Assembly: GCA_043739185.1 (NCBI GenBank)
Contig: JAYUEN010000131.1
Location: 1 to 18,425 of the forward strand
Reading direction: 5' to 3'
Source: Bdellovibrionales bacterium
GTDB lineage: Bacteria > Bdellovibrionota > Bdellovibrionia > Bdellovibrionales > JAMPXM01
DNA: 18,425 nt
Part shown: positions 7,495 through 16,931 of the stretch, one piece after another
Layout of the letters: each line of letters starts with the position of its first letter
How positions within the stretch are numbered: position 1 is the first letter of the stretch
The notes under the pieces: model-generated
What the model was told of the DNA's origin: nothing
Seen by the model: only the letters and a program-made list of their open reading frames with translations
Databases searched by the model: none
Translations under genes and position numbers: made by a program

Positions 7495-9219
7495 TTACAT
7501 CATCATCATCGAGAGAGGAATTCCGAGCATAAAGCCGCCCCAAGACTGCGACAGGATTCTTGAAATACGCTCAATAGACTTTGAGTCGTCGCTTACTCCG
7601 TCAAAGTATTTTGCATAGATTGCTTGTTGCCAATGCTCCGGGCGGCCCCTTCTGTAGTTGCGGTAAGATGCAATGCCACCTTCAACCGCTTTTGTTTCGT
7701 GAGTGCTTTCTTGATTGCAATAGGTGGGCAAAAAATCTTGAAGGTTCGCAGGCGGATCCGTATACAGACGTTTTAAGTGAACTACTAATTTTTCACTATT
7801 AATAACGGCACTGAAAATCTCTCCGTTTTCGATCTCTTTTGCGGCTTGATTTGATTTGTCAATTGTTGGGGGACTAATACCAACTGTTCCAAAGGCATTT
7901 CCAAATCCGGTATTCAATATTCGAGCAAAAGGAGCTACCGCTCTCGGATCAAATAAATTTTCTTGAAGATCGGTTTCGTTTTGGTGATCTCTGAGTGCTA
8001 CCCAAGAGAAATAGGCATTTTGAACCGATGTTTTCAAACTTTCATAACTATTTGATAAATAGCTATTTAATTTATCTTTACCAATTTCAGTTTTAAGACG
8101 AAAGAGATCTGGATGGGCTTTAATGGCATTGTATCTTTGTTCAGAGGTTGCATAGTCTGTTGAGAATGCGGCTTGAAAGCCGTAGACCGATGAAATTTTA
8201 TCGATACTATCAAACAGCCCTCTGAAGCTAAAGGCTTCCATTCCGTAGAGTCCACTCATAGATGCTTGTATGCTAGAAAGCAGCATAAATCTTTCGGATT
8301 CACCAATGCGAACCAAGCGGTCACGACTCGAAGTGAAATTGGCGCTACCATAAAGAATTTGGTTGTCCATAAAAACAGGTTTAGTTGAAAAATTCATGCT
8401 TGAAACGGTATCGTTAAATACGATCAATTGCGGAAGTACTTCCGCGCGCAACCAAGCTTGAAAAGTTGGGCCATCGACCATATCGCATCGACCTTTAATC
8501 CACTTTTTCGTATCCGATTTTTTAGAAGTAGATGGGAGTTCGCACCCATTGTCTTGATTTTTATAATAAGGCTCGACCATGAAATTAAATGCGGCCTTCC
8601 ATTGGGGAGTGGGAAGATAAACTTCAATTCCTGCGGCCATAAATCTCAAAATGGATACCGCCCATGCATGGGCCGCAATCGTTCTCTTATTACCGGCTTC
8701 AAAAATATTTCGCGATCGATAAATAAATCCGCGAAAAGGTTTGAGCATTAAGAGTTGAACAGCTAATAGCTTTGCATCTGGAGTCGCATCAAATTTACCG
8801 CTTTTAAATTCTTTTTCGAGATCATTGAGCAAATTGAAAATTTCTTCTGAGCTTTTTGCTCCAGGGATATCAGCCATTTTTTTACCATCTTTATATACTG
8901 AGCCGCCGATAAACGAACTTTCAATATTTCGAAAATTCTCGGTCAGTACGGTGTTCGGATCGCGGTCCGTGCTTGCAATGCTTCGCTCCGAATATTTTTT
9001 TGCACTTGCCAGTTCCTCTTTGTATCCGTCTGAGGAATAGCCACCTTTGAAGGTCGGCGCGTCCTCCATTTGGACTTCAAATTCAAGAGGTGCTTTTTTA
9101 GTTGCAGCAATAGCGGGGTTCACATTGATTAGTAATCCCGCTACTGCACAAGTTGCACAGGTCAAAATGTTTTTGTACCACAAATTGCGCTGCCAAGAGT
9201 TTCGCAGATTAGGCTTCAT
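7495..9219 (-). CDS. Hypothetical secreted protein (~574 aa)
   Basis: Long open frame. ATG at 9219 is preceded by GGGGAG and followed by a signal-peptide-like segment (…AVAGLLINVNPAIA-A). The track start at 9390 overlaps the divergent gene and is unlikely. Hydrophobic C-terminus 'WGGFMLGIPLSMMMM'. No family recognised. Confidence 0.75.
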   Translation of the reverse strand: MKPNLRNSWQRNLWYKNILTCATCAVAGLLINVNPAIAATKKAPLEFEVQMEDAPTFKGGYSSDGYKEELASAKKYSERSIASTDRDPNTVLTENFRNIESSFIGGSVYKDGKKMADIPGAKSSEEIFNLLNDLEKEFKSGKFDATPDAKLLAVQLLMLKPFRGFIYRSRNIFEAGNKRTIAAHAWAVSILRFMAAGIEVYLPTPQWKAAFNFMVEPYYKNQDNGCELPSTSKKSDTKKWIKGRCDMVDGPTFQAWLRAEVLPQLIVFNDTVSSMNFSTKPVFMDNQILYGSANFTSSRDRLVRIGESERFMLLSSIQASMSGLYGMEAFSFRGLFDSIDKISSVYGFQAAFSTDYATSEQRYNAIKAHPDLFRLKTEIGKDKLNSYLSNSYESLKTSVQNAYFSWVALRDHQNETDLQENLFDPRAVAPFARILNTGFGNAFGTVGISPPTIDKSNQAAKEIENGEIFSAVINSEKLVVHLKRLYTDPPANLQDFLPTYCNQESTHETKAVEGGIASYRNYRRGRPEHWQQAIYAKYFDGVSDDSKSIERISRILSQSWGGFMLGIPLSMMMM

Positions 9220-9351
9220 GAGTTTCTCCCCATTTATTTGAAAAATTTTGTTTAGATGCGACCACATTATCTTAATAGAAAAACCAATTGCGCGTCTATT
9301 GAAGAATAGAATAGACTGGCATTTTATTCTTGGGGAAAGTCTATTAAACAT

Positions 9352-11544
9352 TTGCAGCGTTTCAGTCTCATTTGCGTCAAACTGATTCATAAATACTTAA
9401 GATGCGGTCATCTTTTTGCAATTCGCCATCCTCGTTGGACTTTGGTCTTGCTGGGTATTGTATTAAGCATTTCATGTATGCTGTTGCCGCGAATGCATAT
9501 GCTAATGAGTATTGATGATTTGGTTGATAAGGATTTTAAAACCTATCAACAACTCAAAGAACTTAAGAAAAACTTTTTTGATCAAGATGAGATTTTTATT
9601 GTTATTCGACGAAAGGACCAGACTCGTCTTAACAAAGCAGAGCTTTGCACCAGTCTCAAATGGGTCAATGATTTAGCTGATTCTCGCTCGGACGTAAAAG
9701 CTATTGTCTCGACATTTGGGCTAATGTGGCCCACGGAAACACAAACGCATTTCAAAGTTTCCCCAATACTAAATATCAATTGTGCTGATCGCGTTTCTTC
9801 TGAATCTGAAGCAATTGATCAAGCCTTTATGAAAATTATGAAAAGCCCGTGGGTCGGAGCCCTCACTGCAAAAGATGGATCAGATATCGGTATTCTCATT
9901 TATCCTTCGAATAATTCAAGAAAAAAATCATTCTTCGGAAGTTTCAATGCAAAAATGGTTGATGAATTGCAAGCCGACTTTGAAAACTCTGTACAGAAAG
10001 TTCATCCAGAATTAATCGGTATTTGGGTTGGTGACGGAATATTTCAGTATCATTTGCATAAAGGCTATGAGTCTATGCCACTTTTAAATGGCCTCATGAG
10101 TCTGGTAATTGTCTTTTTGTTTCGACTTCTCATGGGTAGCTTTATCAGCAGTTTTATTTTTTTACAGTTGGTCACCTGGGTTTCTCTTTTGGTTTATGGT
10201 GGCATGGCGTATTTTGGTCATCCGATAGATGTTCTCTCGAGCTCCCTTTCTCTGATGTTTTTCGTAAGTTCTCTTGAAGATTTTGTCTTGCTTTCGCATT
10301 TTATGAAGAAGTGGTCTTGGCGAAGGGCGTTTTCGCGTGTGCTTTTACCGAGCTTCTTTACCTCATTGACCACCATGATAGGTTTTGGCTCTCTAGCCTT
10401 TGCCGACTTGGGAATTGTCAGGCGATTTGGAATTTGGTCCGCAGTCGGAGCGCTCGTTGAATGGATCGTGCTTTTTATATTTTTACCTGCACTGATGCAA
10501 AGTTTTAGTAAATTGCGAATCTGGACAAATCCAAAAAAATCTTTAGACCTCAGTCAAACTTGGCTCATCGGCTTTCGCCCCAAAAAAATCTTTGCACTGG
10601 TCTCACTCTTAGTCATTCCTTTTGCTCTTTTTTCTTTTTCGCATTTAGAAGTTTCGGATTCTCCAGAGAGATTATTGCCCCCCTCTCATCCTGCGCGCCG
10701 GGGGCTAGATATGATCGAGCAGACGCGCGGCTGGCGGAGTCAATTGAGTCTGGTTTTTGCAGAACATGATCAAACTCAATTTAATAAAAGCGTTATCGAA
10801 AAGATAAAAGCCGATCCTCTAGTAAGTCACAGTGAAGATGTCTATGCAGTAAAAGATTTTATGACATCGCAGTTGAGTTCTGAAATGCAGAATTGGCTCA
10901 ATTCTTTTATTGAAGGCAATGCCATTGGCCACCGCCTTGGACCTAGCGGTGAGCAAACGAGAGCAATTCTCTATGTCAAAAATCTTGATATCTCAGATAT
11001 TAAAAGCCTTCGGCTCAAGGTAAACGCACTTTGTCCCAAACAAGAGTGTTGGTTGGCCGGAAGCTTAGTCTCCTACGGAGAACTCGGCGAGCGCGTTCTA
11101 TCAACTCTTTATGAAAGTCTTGGTTTGAGTCTTTTTCTGGTTTTATTTATTTTGCTCTGGCTTTGTTTGGCACTGCGACCTGAAGCTTTTTGGAGTTTGG
11201 CACTTTCAAGTATATGGGGGCCCTGTGCTTTGCTGGTTTGTTTTTATATTTTTAAGTTTCGCGTCTTTTATATTACAAGTATGATTGCTTCAATCATTGT
11301 TGGACTCGCTGGCGACAATGCAATTCAATTTTTATTCTATTCAAAGCGCGGACATCAAATGCAAAAGAGCGTAAGCTTTGTCGGCCCGGCAGTTCTTGCC
11401 ATTTCAATTTGTATGATGATGGCGTCAAGTGTCTTTTTTGCCGGATACTTTGATCCAATGAAAAATCTAGGTGGCCTGATGATTTTAGGAATTTTCTTAG
11501 GCTATGTTGGTGATGTTTGGATACTTCGAGGCCTAAGTAAATAG
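9352..11544 (+). CDS. MMPL/RND-family exporter
   Basis: 730 aa with two repeats of (1 TM + soluble loop + about 5 TM). Motifs 'FTSLTTMIGFGSL', 'RRFG' and 'GLAGDNAIQF'. TTG start is uncertain. Confidence 0.85.
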   Translation: MQRFSLICVKLIHKYLRCGHLFAIRHPRWTLVLLGIVLSISCMLLPRMHMLMSIDDLVDKDFKTYQQLKELKKNFFDQDEIFIVIRRKDQTRLNKAELCTSLKWVNDLADSRSDVKAIVSTFGLMWPTETQTHFKVSPILNINCADRVSSESEAIDQAFMKIMKSPWVGALTAKDGSDIGILIYPSNNSRKKSFFGSFNAKMVDELQADFENSVQKVHPELIGIWVGDGIFQYHLHKGYESMPLLNGLMSLVIVFLFRLLMGSFISSFIFLQLVTWVSLLVYGGMAYFGHPIDVLSSSLSLMFFVSSLEDFVLLSHFMKKWSWRRAFSRVLLPSFFTSLTTMIGFGSLAFADLGIVRRFGIWSAVGALVEWIVLFIFLPALMQSFSKLRIWTNPKKSLDLSQTWLIGFRPKKIFALVSLLVIPFALFSFSHLEVSDSPERLLPPSHPARRGLDMIEQTRGWRSQLSLVFAEHDQTQFNKSVIEKIKADPLVSHSEDVYAVKDFMTSQLSSEMQNWLNSFIEGNAIGHRLGPSGEQTRAILYVKNLDISDIKSLRLKVNALCPKQECWLAGSLVSYGELGERVLSTLYESLGLSLFLVLFILLWLCLALRPEAFWSLALSSIWGPCALLVCFYIFKFRVFYITSMIASIIVGLAGDNAIQFLFYSKRGHQMQKSVSFVGPAVLAISICMMMASSVFFAGYFDPMKNLGGLMILGIFLGYVGDVWILRGLSK

Positions 11545-11559
11545 ACTAGCGGAGATTTT

Positions 11560-12492
11560 GTGTATTTTTTAATATTTTTATTTTTAATATTTATAGTTGG
11601 TCTTATTTGGTTTTTAAGGCCAACGCCCGCAAGTCAATCGGAAATAAAAGAATTCCTTATTTACCCTGAAGTAAGCTCTCACTTTAAAAGTTTTCGCGAT
11701 CTCGAAATTCATTACGATCAAGTTGGGAAGGGCAGAGATATCGTGCTCCTGCATGGTATTGGAGCATCGACTTTTATTTGGCGTTCCTTGATGCCTTTGC
11801 TGGCGCGAAATTTTCGAGTCACAGCGATCGATTTGCCGGGACACGGTCGCTCTGAAAAAAATCTTAAATTCAATTATGATCTTGAAAATGTCAGCGTATA
11901 CTTACTTGATTTTATCGATTCAATAGTGATCAAAGACTATATGCTGATCGGTAGCTCAATGGGAGCTCTCATCGCGCTTTGGATGCTAAAGACGCGCCCA
12001 AAAAATATTTCGGAAGTTATTTGTATATCACCGCCAACAGATCATAGTCTTATCAAGTTTTACAGACCACTTTTACCCCTGCTTTTACCTCTTCATTTTT
12101 TTATCAATCGCATAAGCATGAAGGTGGCAGTGCATAGAGCTATCAATCGGTCTGAGCTCGTAACTCGTGATGTGGTAAACGCCTATATGCTTCCATTTCG
12201 TGATCGTGGAGAGGCCTGGCAATGTTTTTTAAAATCAGTAAATATTTTGGCTCATCCTGAAATTCCAGAAGCCTTAAAACACCTCAATAAAAATGACAAA
12301 TTGAGACTTAAAATTATTCACGGTCTATCAGATAAGGTTGTGCCCAAAAGCATTCCTTTAGAGTTAAAAAAAATGCTTCCGAATGCTGAAATTGAATTTA
12401 TCGAAAATGCCGGGCACCACGCCTTCGAAGATCATCCAGAATTGATTTATGAATCTATTTTGAAATTTGTAAATCCAAAAGAGGAAAAATAG
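11560..12492 (+). CDS. Alpha/beta-fold hydrolase with N-terminal membrane anchor
   Basis: 'LLHGIG' oxyanion motif, 'DLPGHGRS', nucleophile 'GSSMG', acid 'HGLSDKVV' and His 'AGHHAFED'. GTG start after GGAG, 15 nt downstream of the MMPL gene, so probably co-transcribed. Confidence 0.9.
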   Translation: MYFLIFLFLIFIVGLIWFLRPTPASQSEIKEFLIYPEVSSHFKSFRDLEIHYDQVGKGRDIVLLHGIGASTFIWRSLMPLLARNFRVTAIDLPGHGRSEKNLKFNYDLENVSVYLLDFIDSIVIKDYMLIGSSMGALIALWMLKTRPKNISEVICISPPTDHSLIKFYRPLLPLLLPLHFFINRISMKVAVHRAINRSELVTRDVVNAYMLPFRDRGEAWQCFLKSVNILAHPEIPEALKHLNKNDKLRLKIIHGLSDKVVPKSIPLELKKMLPNAEIEFIENAGHHAFEDHPELIYESILKFVNPKEEK

Positions 12493-12532
12493 ATCTGACT
12501 TTCATTATAGCTTTTATTCTTTCCGTATTTGC

Positions 12533-12613
12533 TTGGCAAAATGTTGAAAGCTTCAGGGCCGGGCAATCGGCCTACGGTTAACGGCAGCTGAGGCCCGAGA
12601 ACGAAACTGCCAA
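12533..12613 (+). ncRNA. Candidate structured intergenic RNA (family unassigned)
   Basis: GC-rich patch in an AT-rich spacer with nested helices: ttggca/tgccaa, gcttcag/ctgaggc, and ggccgg-GCAA-tcggcc (GNRA tetraloop). Confidence 0.25.
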
Positions 12614-12796
12614 ACAGTGTATCAATTGGAGACAATGTAATTTTTGAAATTTCAAAAAACTGCAATATGGCGTTTCAGGTGTCAAGTCTTCATTCGTACT
12701 TAAGCTTTCTTCTTAATTTTGAGCACTTAGGTGGGCATGAACGCTGCAATAAATATTGATAATACAATATGAGAGCTAAATAGAAATCAACTCATA

Positions 12797-13975
12797 ATGA
12801 GACAGGTTTTTGAGATGAAAAAAGTGAATGCGAAATATTTTTTAAATTCAAATAAGCAGCATTTAGCCAGAGGACATTTTTTTACAATAATGTTTTTTTC
12901 ATTTCTCATATTTCAAAATTGTGCGCAAATCAATTTCAGTCCAAGCATAAATAAGCTCCAGGGTATTGGGCAGATCTTACCCGATGGGACGGTTCTTGAT
13001 GCCTATATTCAAAGTCCACCTCAAGTGAACAACAAATTAGACATTTTATTTATGGTCAACTCTTCGGCTTCATTGCAAGCCGTGATCCCGAGTATCGTGC
13101 AAGGAATTAGCTCTTTTGTTGGTGAGCTCCCAAATAATTCAGATTTTCAAATCTCAGTCATTCCTTCGCATTCGCCCCGGTCAGTTGCTACCAGTGGGGT
13201 GCTTTTTGGAGCAAATGGAGTGGCGGTTCTGAGCTCGAGCACTTTAGCATTAGCAGATATGCAGACGAATCTCACCGCGACCTTTTCAAGTCTCCCAAGT
13301 GCAAGTGTCAGTGATGAGGGTACAGAAGAAGAAGGATTGGCTTCTATATTTACATCTATTGATTCTGGTCATTTACAGCAAAATCGAAGTCACGGATTTT
13401 TTCGCAGTGATTCTTCACTTGCTGTTGTCTTTATAGCAAACGAGGCCGATGTTTGCGGTGAGCCAGATAGTAATCCCATGACTGACTCGGATTGGTCAGC
13501 AGCAAAAGCTACTCAAGTTTTAGATTGCCAAGCGCCATTGATTGATGCGAATTCAGTTTTGGCAAGTCTCAGAAATTTGCAGGGCGATCGACCTTTACTT
13601 GTTTCAGGAGTTTTATATCCCAGTAAGTCCCAGCAAGCAGGGTCAAATGAAAAAGAATATGGTTGGGGTTATGTCGAAACTGTAATGGCGGCCAATGGCT
13701 GTATGGACCCTACGACTTGCGAAGCTATTATCGATATGAATTTAGATTCAGCGGGTGTGAAAAATGGTCTTTCAGCAATCGGAAATTTAATGCAACATAA
13801 ATTCAACTTCGTATACGATTTCAATTTAAGTCACGAGCCTAAGTCTGTTAGTTGCATTCATATCAAAGTAGATGGTCAAGACTCACAGTTTGAGTACAAT
13901 GCCGCACTTAATTCTGTGCATATCGATCACCCCGGTGTCTCGGGCTCGCAAATTTCAATAAATTATTGCATTTAG
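12797..13975 (+). CDS. vWA-domain-like predicted lipoprotein
   Basis: Lipobox-like 'FLIFQNC', vWA beta1 'KLDILFMVNSSAS' and 'GFFRSDSSLAVVFIANEAD', with a small C-terminal beta domain. The start could alternatively be the ATG of MKKV. Confidence 0.7.
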   Translation: MRQVFEMKKVNAKYFLNSNKQHLARGHFFTIMFFSFLIFQNCAQINFSPSINKLQGIGQILPDGTVLDAYIQSPPQVNNKLDILFMVNSSASLQAVIPSIVQGISSFVGELPNNSDFQISVIPSHSPRSVATSGVLFGANGVAVLSSSTLALADMQTNLTATFSSLPSASVSDEGTEEEGLASIFTSIDSGHLQQNRSHGFFRSDSSLAVVFIANEADVCGEPDSNPMTDSDWSAAKATQVLDCQAPLIDANSVLASLRNLQGDRPLLVSGVLYPSKSQQAGSNEKEYGWGYVETVMAANGCMDPTTCEAIIDMNLDSAGVKNGLSAIGNLMQHKFNFVYDFNLSHEPKSVSCIHIKVDGQDSQFEYNAALNSVHIDHPGVSGSQISINYCI

Positions 13976-13986
13976 AAATTAATAGT

Positions 13987-15936
13987 TTAATTGTTTTCAA
14001 CTCTAGCCTCGCCAACAACATCAGGAAAATAAGTAACTTTCGCATTGATCAAATGCCCAGCCGGAAGCCCTGTGCCGAGTTCCTCTGCGCGCAAAATATT
14101 TTCAGGCAAATTTAAGGATTTGCGAAGCTCATTCATGGTTTGCGGAACAAAAGGGGTAAGCAAAATCATTAAATTTTTAAGTACATAAAAGCAGGTGAAC
14201 AAGGCATCTCTTCGTTCAGCCTCAGGCGCGCGATCATCATGTGGCTTAAATTGCGAAAATAGAGAATTAATTTGGCGCCCATAGTTTTCAATTTGACCCA
14301 AAAGCGTTGAGTAATCACCTTTTTGCATCGAGCGAAGATACAACTGTACGAGCTTTAAGGTTTCAACTTCGGCTTTACCGATTAGCTTTCCTTCCGGAAC
14401 TTTTGAATCAAATTTTGAATGACAGGCTGAGATGGGTTTTTCAAATACGGCATTCATGGGGCCTGCTAAGAATTTATTCCGCTCAGCAAAATGTGTAAAA
14501 TCAAAATTCGATGCTTTCACGGGGAGACTCAACATTGCTAAATAATATCGAACTTGATCAGGTGAAAAGCCCATCTCAAGCAATTGGTCTCCGGTATAGA
14601 AGTTGCCTTTTGACTTACTCATTTTCTCGCCGTTCACCATTAGGTGAAAGACGCTTAAGATTTCTGTCATTTGCAGATCACCCTTCACTGGCAACTGCTG
14701 TAAATCATTTTTTTGTCCCAACCACATCGATCCCTGCATGATCACATAAAAGAAAACATTATCTTGACCTAAAAACTGCACGACGGTCGCTTCCGGATCA
14801 CACCAAAATTCTTTGTATTGTTCTGACTTACGCCCAGACTTCTCAAGTGCCACTTGGGTAAATACAATTGGGGCAATAAGCGAGTCGGGCCAAACATAAA
14901 GAGTTTTGCCCTTCATATCCGGGTCAAGCTCTGGCGGAACCGGAATGCCCCAGGACACATCTCGAGTGATTGGGCGATAGCCCCATTTATCTGTGGTATG
15001 TGATTGAATTCCCGCCGACTCAAGAGTTGATTGCGCTTTTACAAGATCGGCTTTGGTATCAAACAGGCATTCTACTTTTTTCCCGGGGACATATCGTGAT
15101 TTGTGTTTTGGTAGAGTGTCTTTGATTTCTTTGTATTTGTCTTCAAATTGATTTTCAAAGCGGCAACCAATCAAAACGGTATTGATCACTTCTTGCACGA
15201 CGGCTGAGCGCCAGGCCTTTTGCTTGGTTTCAATCCAGGCCTTTAAGGGGTCCGCAACCTTCCACATATTAAGCCACCAATGAGCGGTATCTTTCAATTC
15301 TGGTTTGGCATCACTCAGCTGACTGCGTGGATCTTTTAACTGACTCGGATCAAATTGCGTTCCACACGAATCACACTCATCTGAATAGGCTTCAGAATTT
15401 TGGCAGTTCGGGCAAGTCCCGCGTACAAAGCGATCTTGCAAAAAGCGCTTCATTTTTGGATCAAACCACTGCTTGGTGATGCGCTTTTCTAAAAGTCCAT
15501 TTTTAAAAAGACGGCGTAAAAAATCTTGCGAATACTTTTCGTGATACGCATAAGTTTCAGGGCGAGAGGTACCGGTAAAGACATCAGTTTGAATCGAATA
15601 GTTTTTCAAAGTCAGTTTTTGAGCTTCATGAATAGTATCGATAAATTCACGGATCGACTTACCGGCTTTTACTGCAGCGACCTCACTTGTTGAACCGTGA
15701 TCATCATTTCCGTTCACAAACAAGACATTTTCAGCGCCAATTAACATTCGCATCCAACGAGCGTAAATATCAGCAGGGACGTGGGCCCCGGCGAGGTGAC
15801 CCAAATGCAAGGGGCCATTCGCATAGGGCATACCCGCGGTCACAACAACTTTTTTGGGTTTTTTGAATTGTGCCAGTGCGGACTTCACATCCGTTGGTGG
15901 CGAATACTTATTTTCTGTTTTTGCACTTTGAGACAT
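13987..15936 (-). CDS. metG: Methionine--tRNA ligase (divergent, no C-terminal tRNA-binding appendix)
   Basis: 'PYANGPLHLGH' (HIGH), 'KMSKS', zinc knuckle 'DRFVRGTCPNC…ECDSCG', 'ITRDVSWGIPVP' and 'LYVWPD'. ATG at 15936 is preceded by GGAGG, giving 649 aa. Confidence 0.88.
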   Translation of the reverse strand: MSQSAKTENKYSPPTDVKSALAQFKKPKKVVVTAGMPYANGPLHLGHLAGAHVPADIYARWMRMLIGAENVLFVNGNDDHGSTSEVAAVKAGKSIREFIDTIHEAQKLTLKNYSIQTDVFTGTSRPETYAYHEKYSQDFLRRLFKNGLLEKRITKQWFDPKMKRFLQDRFVRGTCPNCQNSEAYSDECDSCGTQFDPSQLKDPRSQLSDAKPELKDTAHWWLNMWKVADPLKAWIETKQKAWRSAVVQEVINTVLIGCRFENQFEDKYKEIKDTLPKHKSRYVPGKKVECLFDTKADLVKAQSTLESAGIQSHTTDKWGYRPITRDVSWGIPVPPELDPDMKGKTLYVWPDSLIAPIVFTQVALEKSGRKSEQYKEFWCDPEATVVQFLGQDNVFFYVIMQGSMWLGQKNDLQQLPVKGDLQMTEILSVFHLMVNGEKMSKSKGNFYTGDQLLEMGFSPDQVRYYLAMLSLPVKASNFDFTHFAERNKFLAGPMNAVFEKPISACHSKFDSKVPEGKLIGKAEVETLKLVQLYLRSMQKGDYSTLLGQIENYGRQINSLFSQFKPHDDRAPEAERRDALFTCFYVLKNLMILLTPFVPQTMNELRKSLNLPENILRAEELGTGLPAGHLINAKVTYFPDVVGEARVENN

Positions 15937-16316
15937 AGCGGGCCTCCAAAGATATAACTTTAACGAAATTGTTGAGCTAATGCACTCTTTTTGCTTCTTG
16001 AGCATTCAACAAAATTTAATTTCTTGCAAAACTTGGTATTGGAGGTCGGCCTGGGAAGCATTTCGCTGGCAACTCTTATAGCTGAGAGGGACTCATGGTG
16101 TGAAGGCCAAAATGAGAGCCTTATTGGGGCCTCCAAGGGCTTGATTTTTAGGTTTTAGAATACAAGAAAATGAAGTTCTGGGCAAATACTCATCTTAAGG
16201 ATCGGCGTACAAAACCAATTCAAGATAGACGTTAGGCAAAAGCATTTCGTCTAAAGCAAAAGTCACTCGAGATATTGAATGAACTAATTTTGATTGTGCG
16301 AATGCCAACGTCTCAA

Positions 16317-16772
16317 TTATTGAGAGGCAAGGCCTTTTAAAATGTTTCTCAGATATTGGTCGCCGCAATTTCGGTAATTGCGATGATCCGCTTTGCGAAA
16401 AAAAGCGCTGAGTTCTGATTTGGTGATTTTCAAATGACTGGTTTTTTCAATCAAGCTCATTAAATCAATGTCTTTGAGTTCAAAAGCCACGCGAATTTTT
16501 TTTAAAACAATATTGTTCGTCATAGGTGTTTCAATGGGTTGAGGAGTACGGCCCTCAAGATTTTTTCGCTTATAAACAATGAGACCGTTTAAAAAATAAG
16601 CCATGACTTCATCAGGACAAAGCTCGTAGCCCAAATCATCTTCATTCTTTAGATATGAAATCATCTCATCTAAAGTTACCAAATACCCCGCCGACTCAAT
16701 AATTTCTACGAGGACTTTTTCGTTAACATTGAGGATATAGCGAATACTTTGGAGTACATCATTGGTCTGCAT
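16317..16772 (-). CDS. DUF1456 (YehS) family protein
   Basis: Typical duplicated motifs 'TNDVLQSIRYIL' and 'NNIVLKKIRVAF', plus 'KSELSAFFRK.DHRNYRNCGDQYLRNILKGL'. Start set at the ATG of MQTND (151 aa) rather than the track's 16889. Confidence 0.9.
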   Translation of the reverse strand: MQTNDVLQSIRYILNVNEKVLVEIIESAGYLVTLDEMISYLKNEDDLGYELCPDEVMAYFLNGLIVYKRKNLEGRTPQPIETPMTNNIVLKKIRVAFELKDIDLMSLIEKTSHLKITKSELSAFFRKADHRNYRNCGDQYLRNILKGLASQ

Positions 16773-16931
16773 CGGCTTGAAATACCACGCAGGTTTAAGC
16801 GATGCTATCAGAATTGTGAGACTCTTCTCTATAAGGGCGCGCTCTTGATCGCGCAACTGCGATTTCAGGCTTGCCTTGCCGGGCCTCAAGAGCGATGTTA
16901 AAGGGCTTACCGTTTAGCAGTGTGAGGAAAT

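Noticed and set aside
9220..9390. Longer N-terminal extension given by the ORF track for 7495-9390 (similarly 13987-16005 and 16317-16889)
   Set aside because: Downstream ATGs (9219, 15936, 16772) have better RBS or family-consistent N-termini.
12583..12611. Hammerhead ribozyme (CTGA…GAAA flanked by ggcag/ctgcc)
   Set aside because: The core is CTGAGGC rather than CUGANGA, and there is no stem II, stem III or UH cleavage site.
12447..12665. 72-aa minus-strand ORF
   Set aside because: It has a TTG start without a clear RBS, overlaps the hydrolase 3' end and shows no recognisable motif.
16020..16316. T-box or SAM riboswitch upstream of metG
   Set aside because: No T-box (GGUGGNACC) or SAM-I/II core consensus was found on the minus strand.
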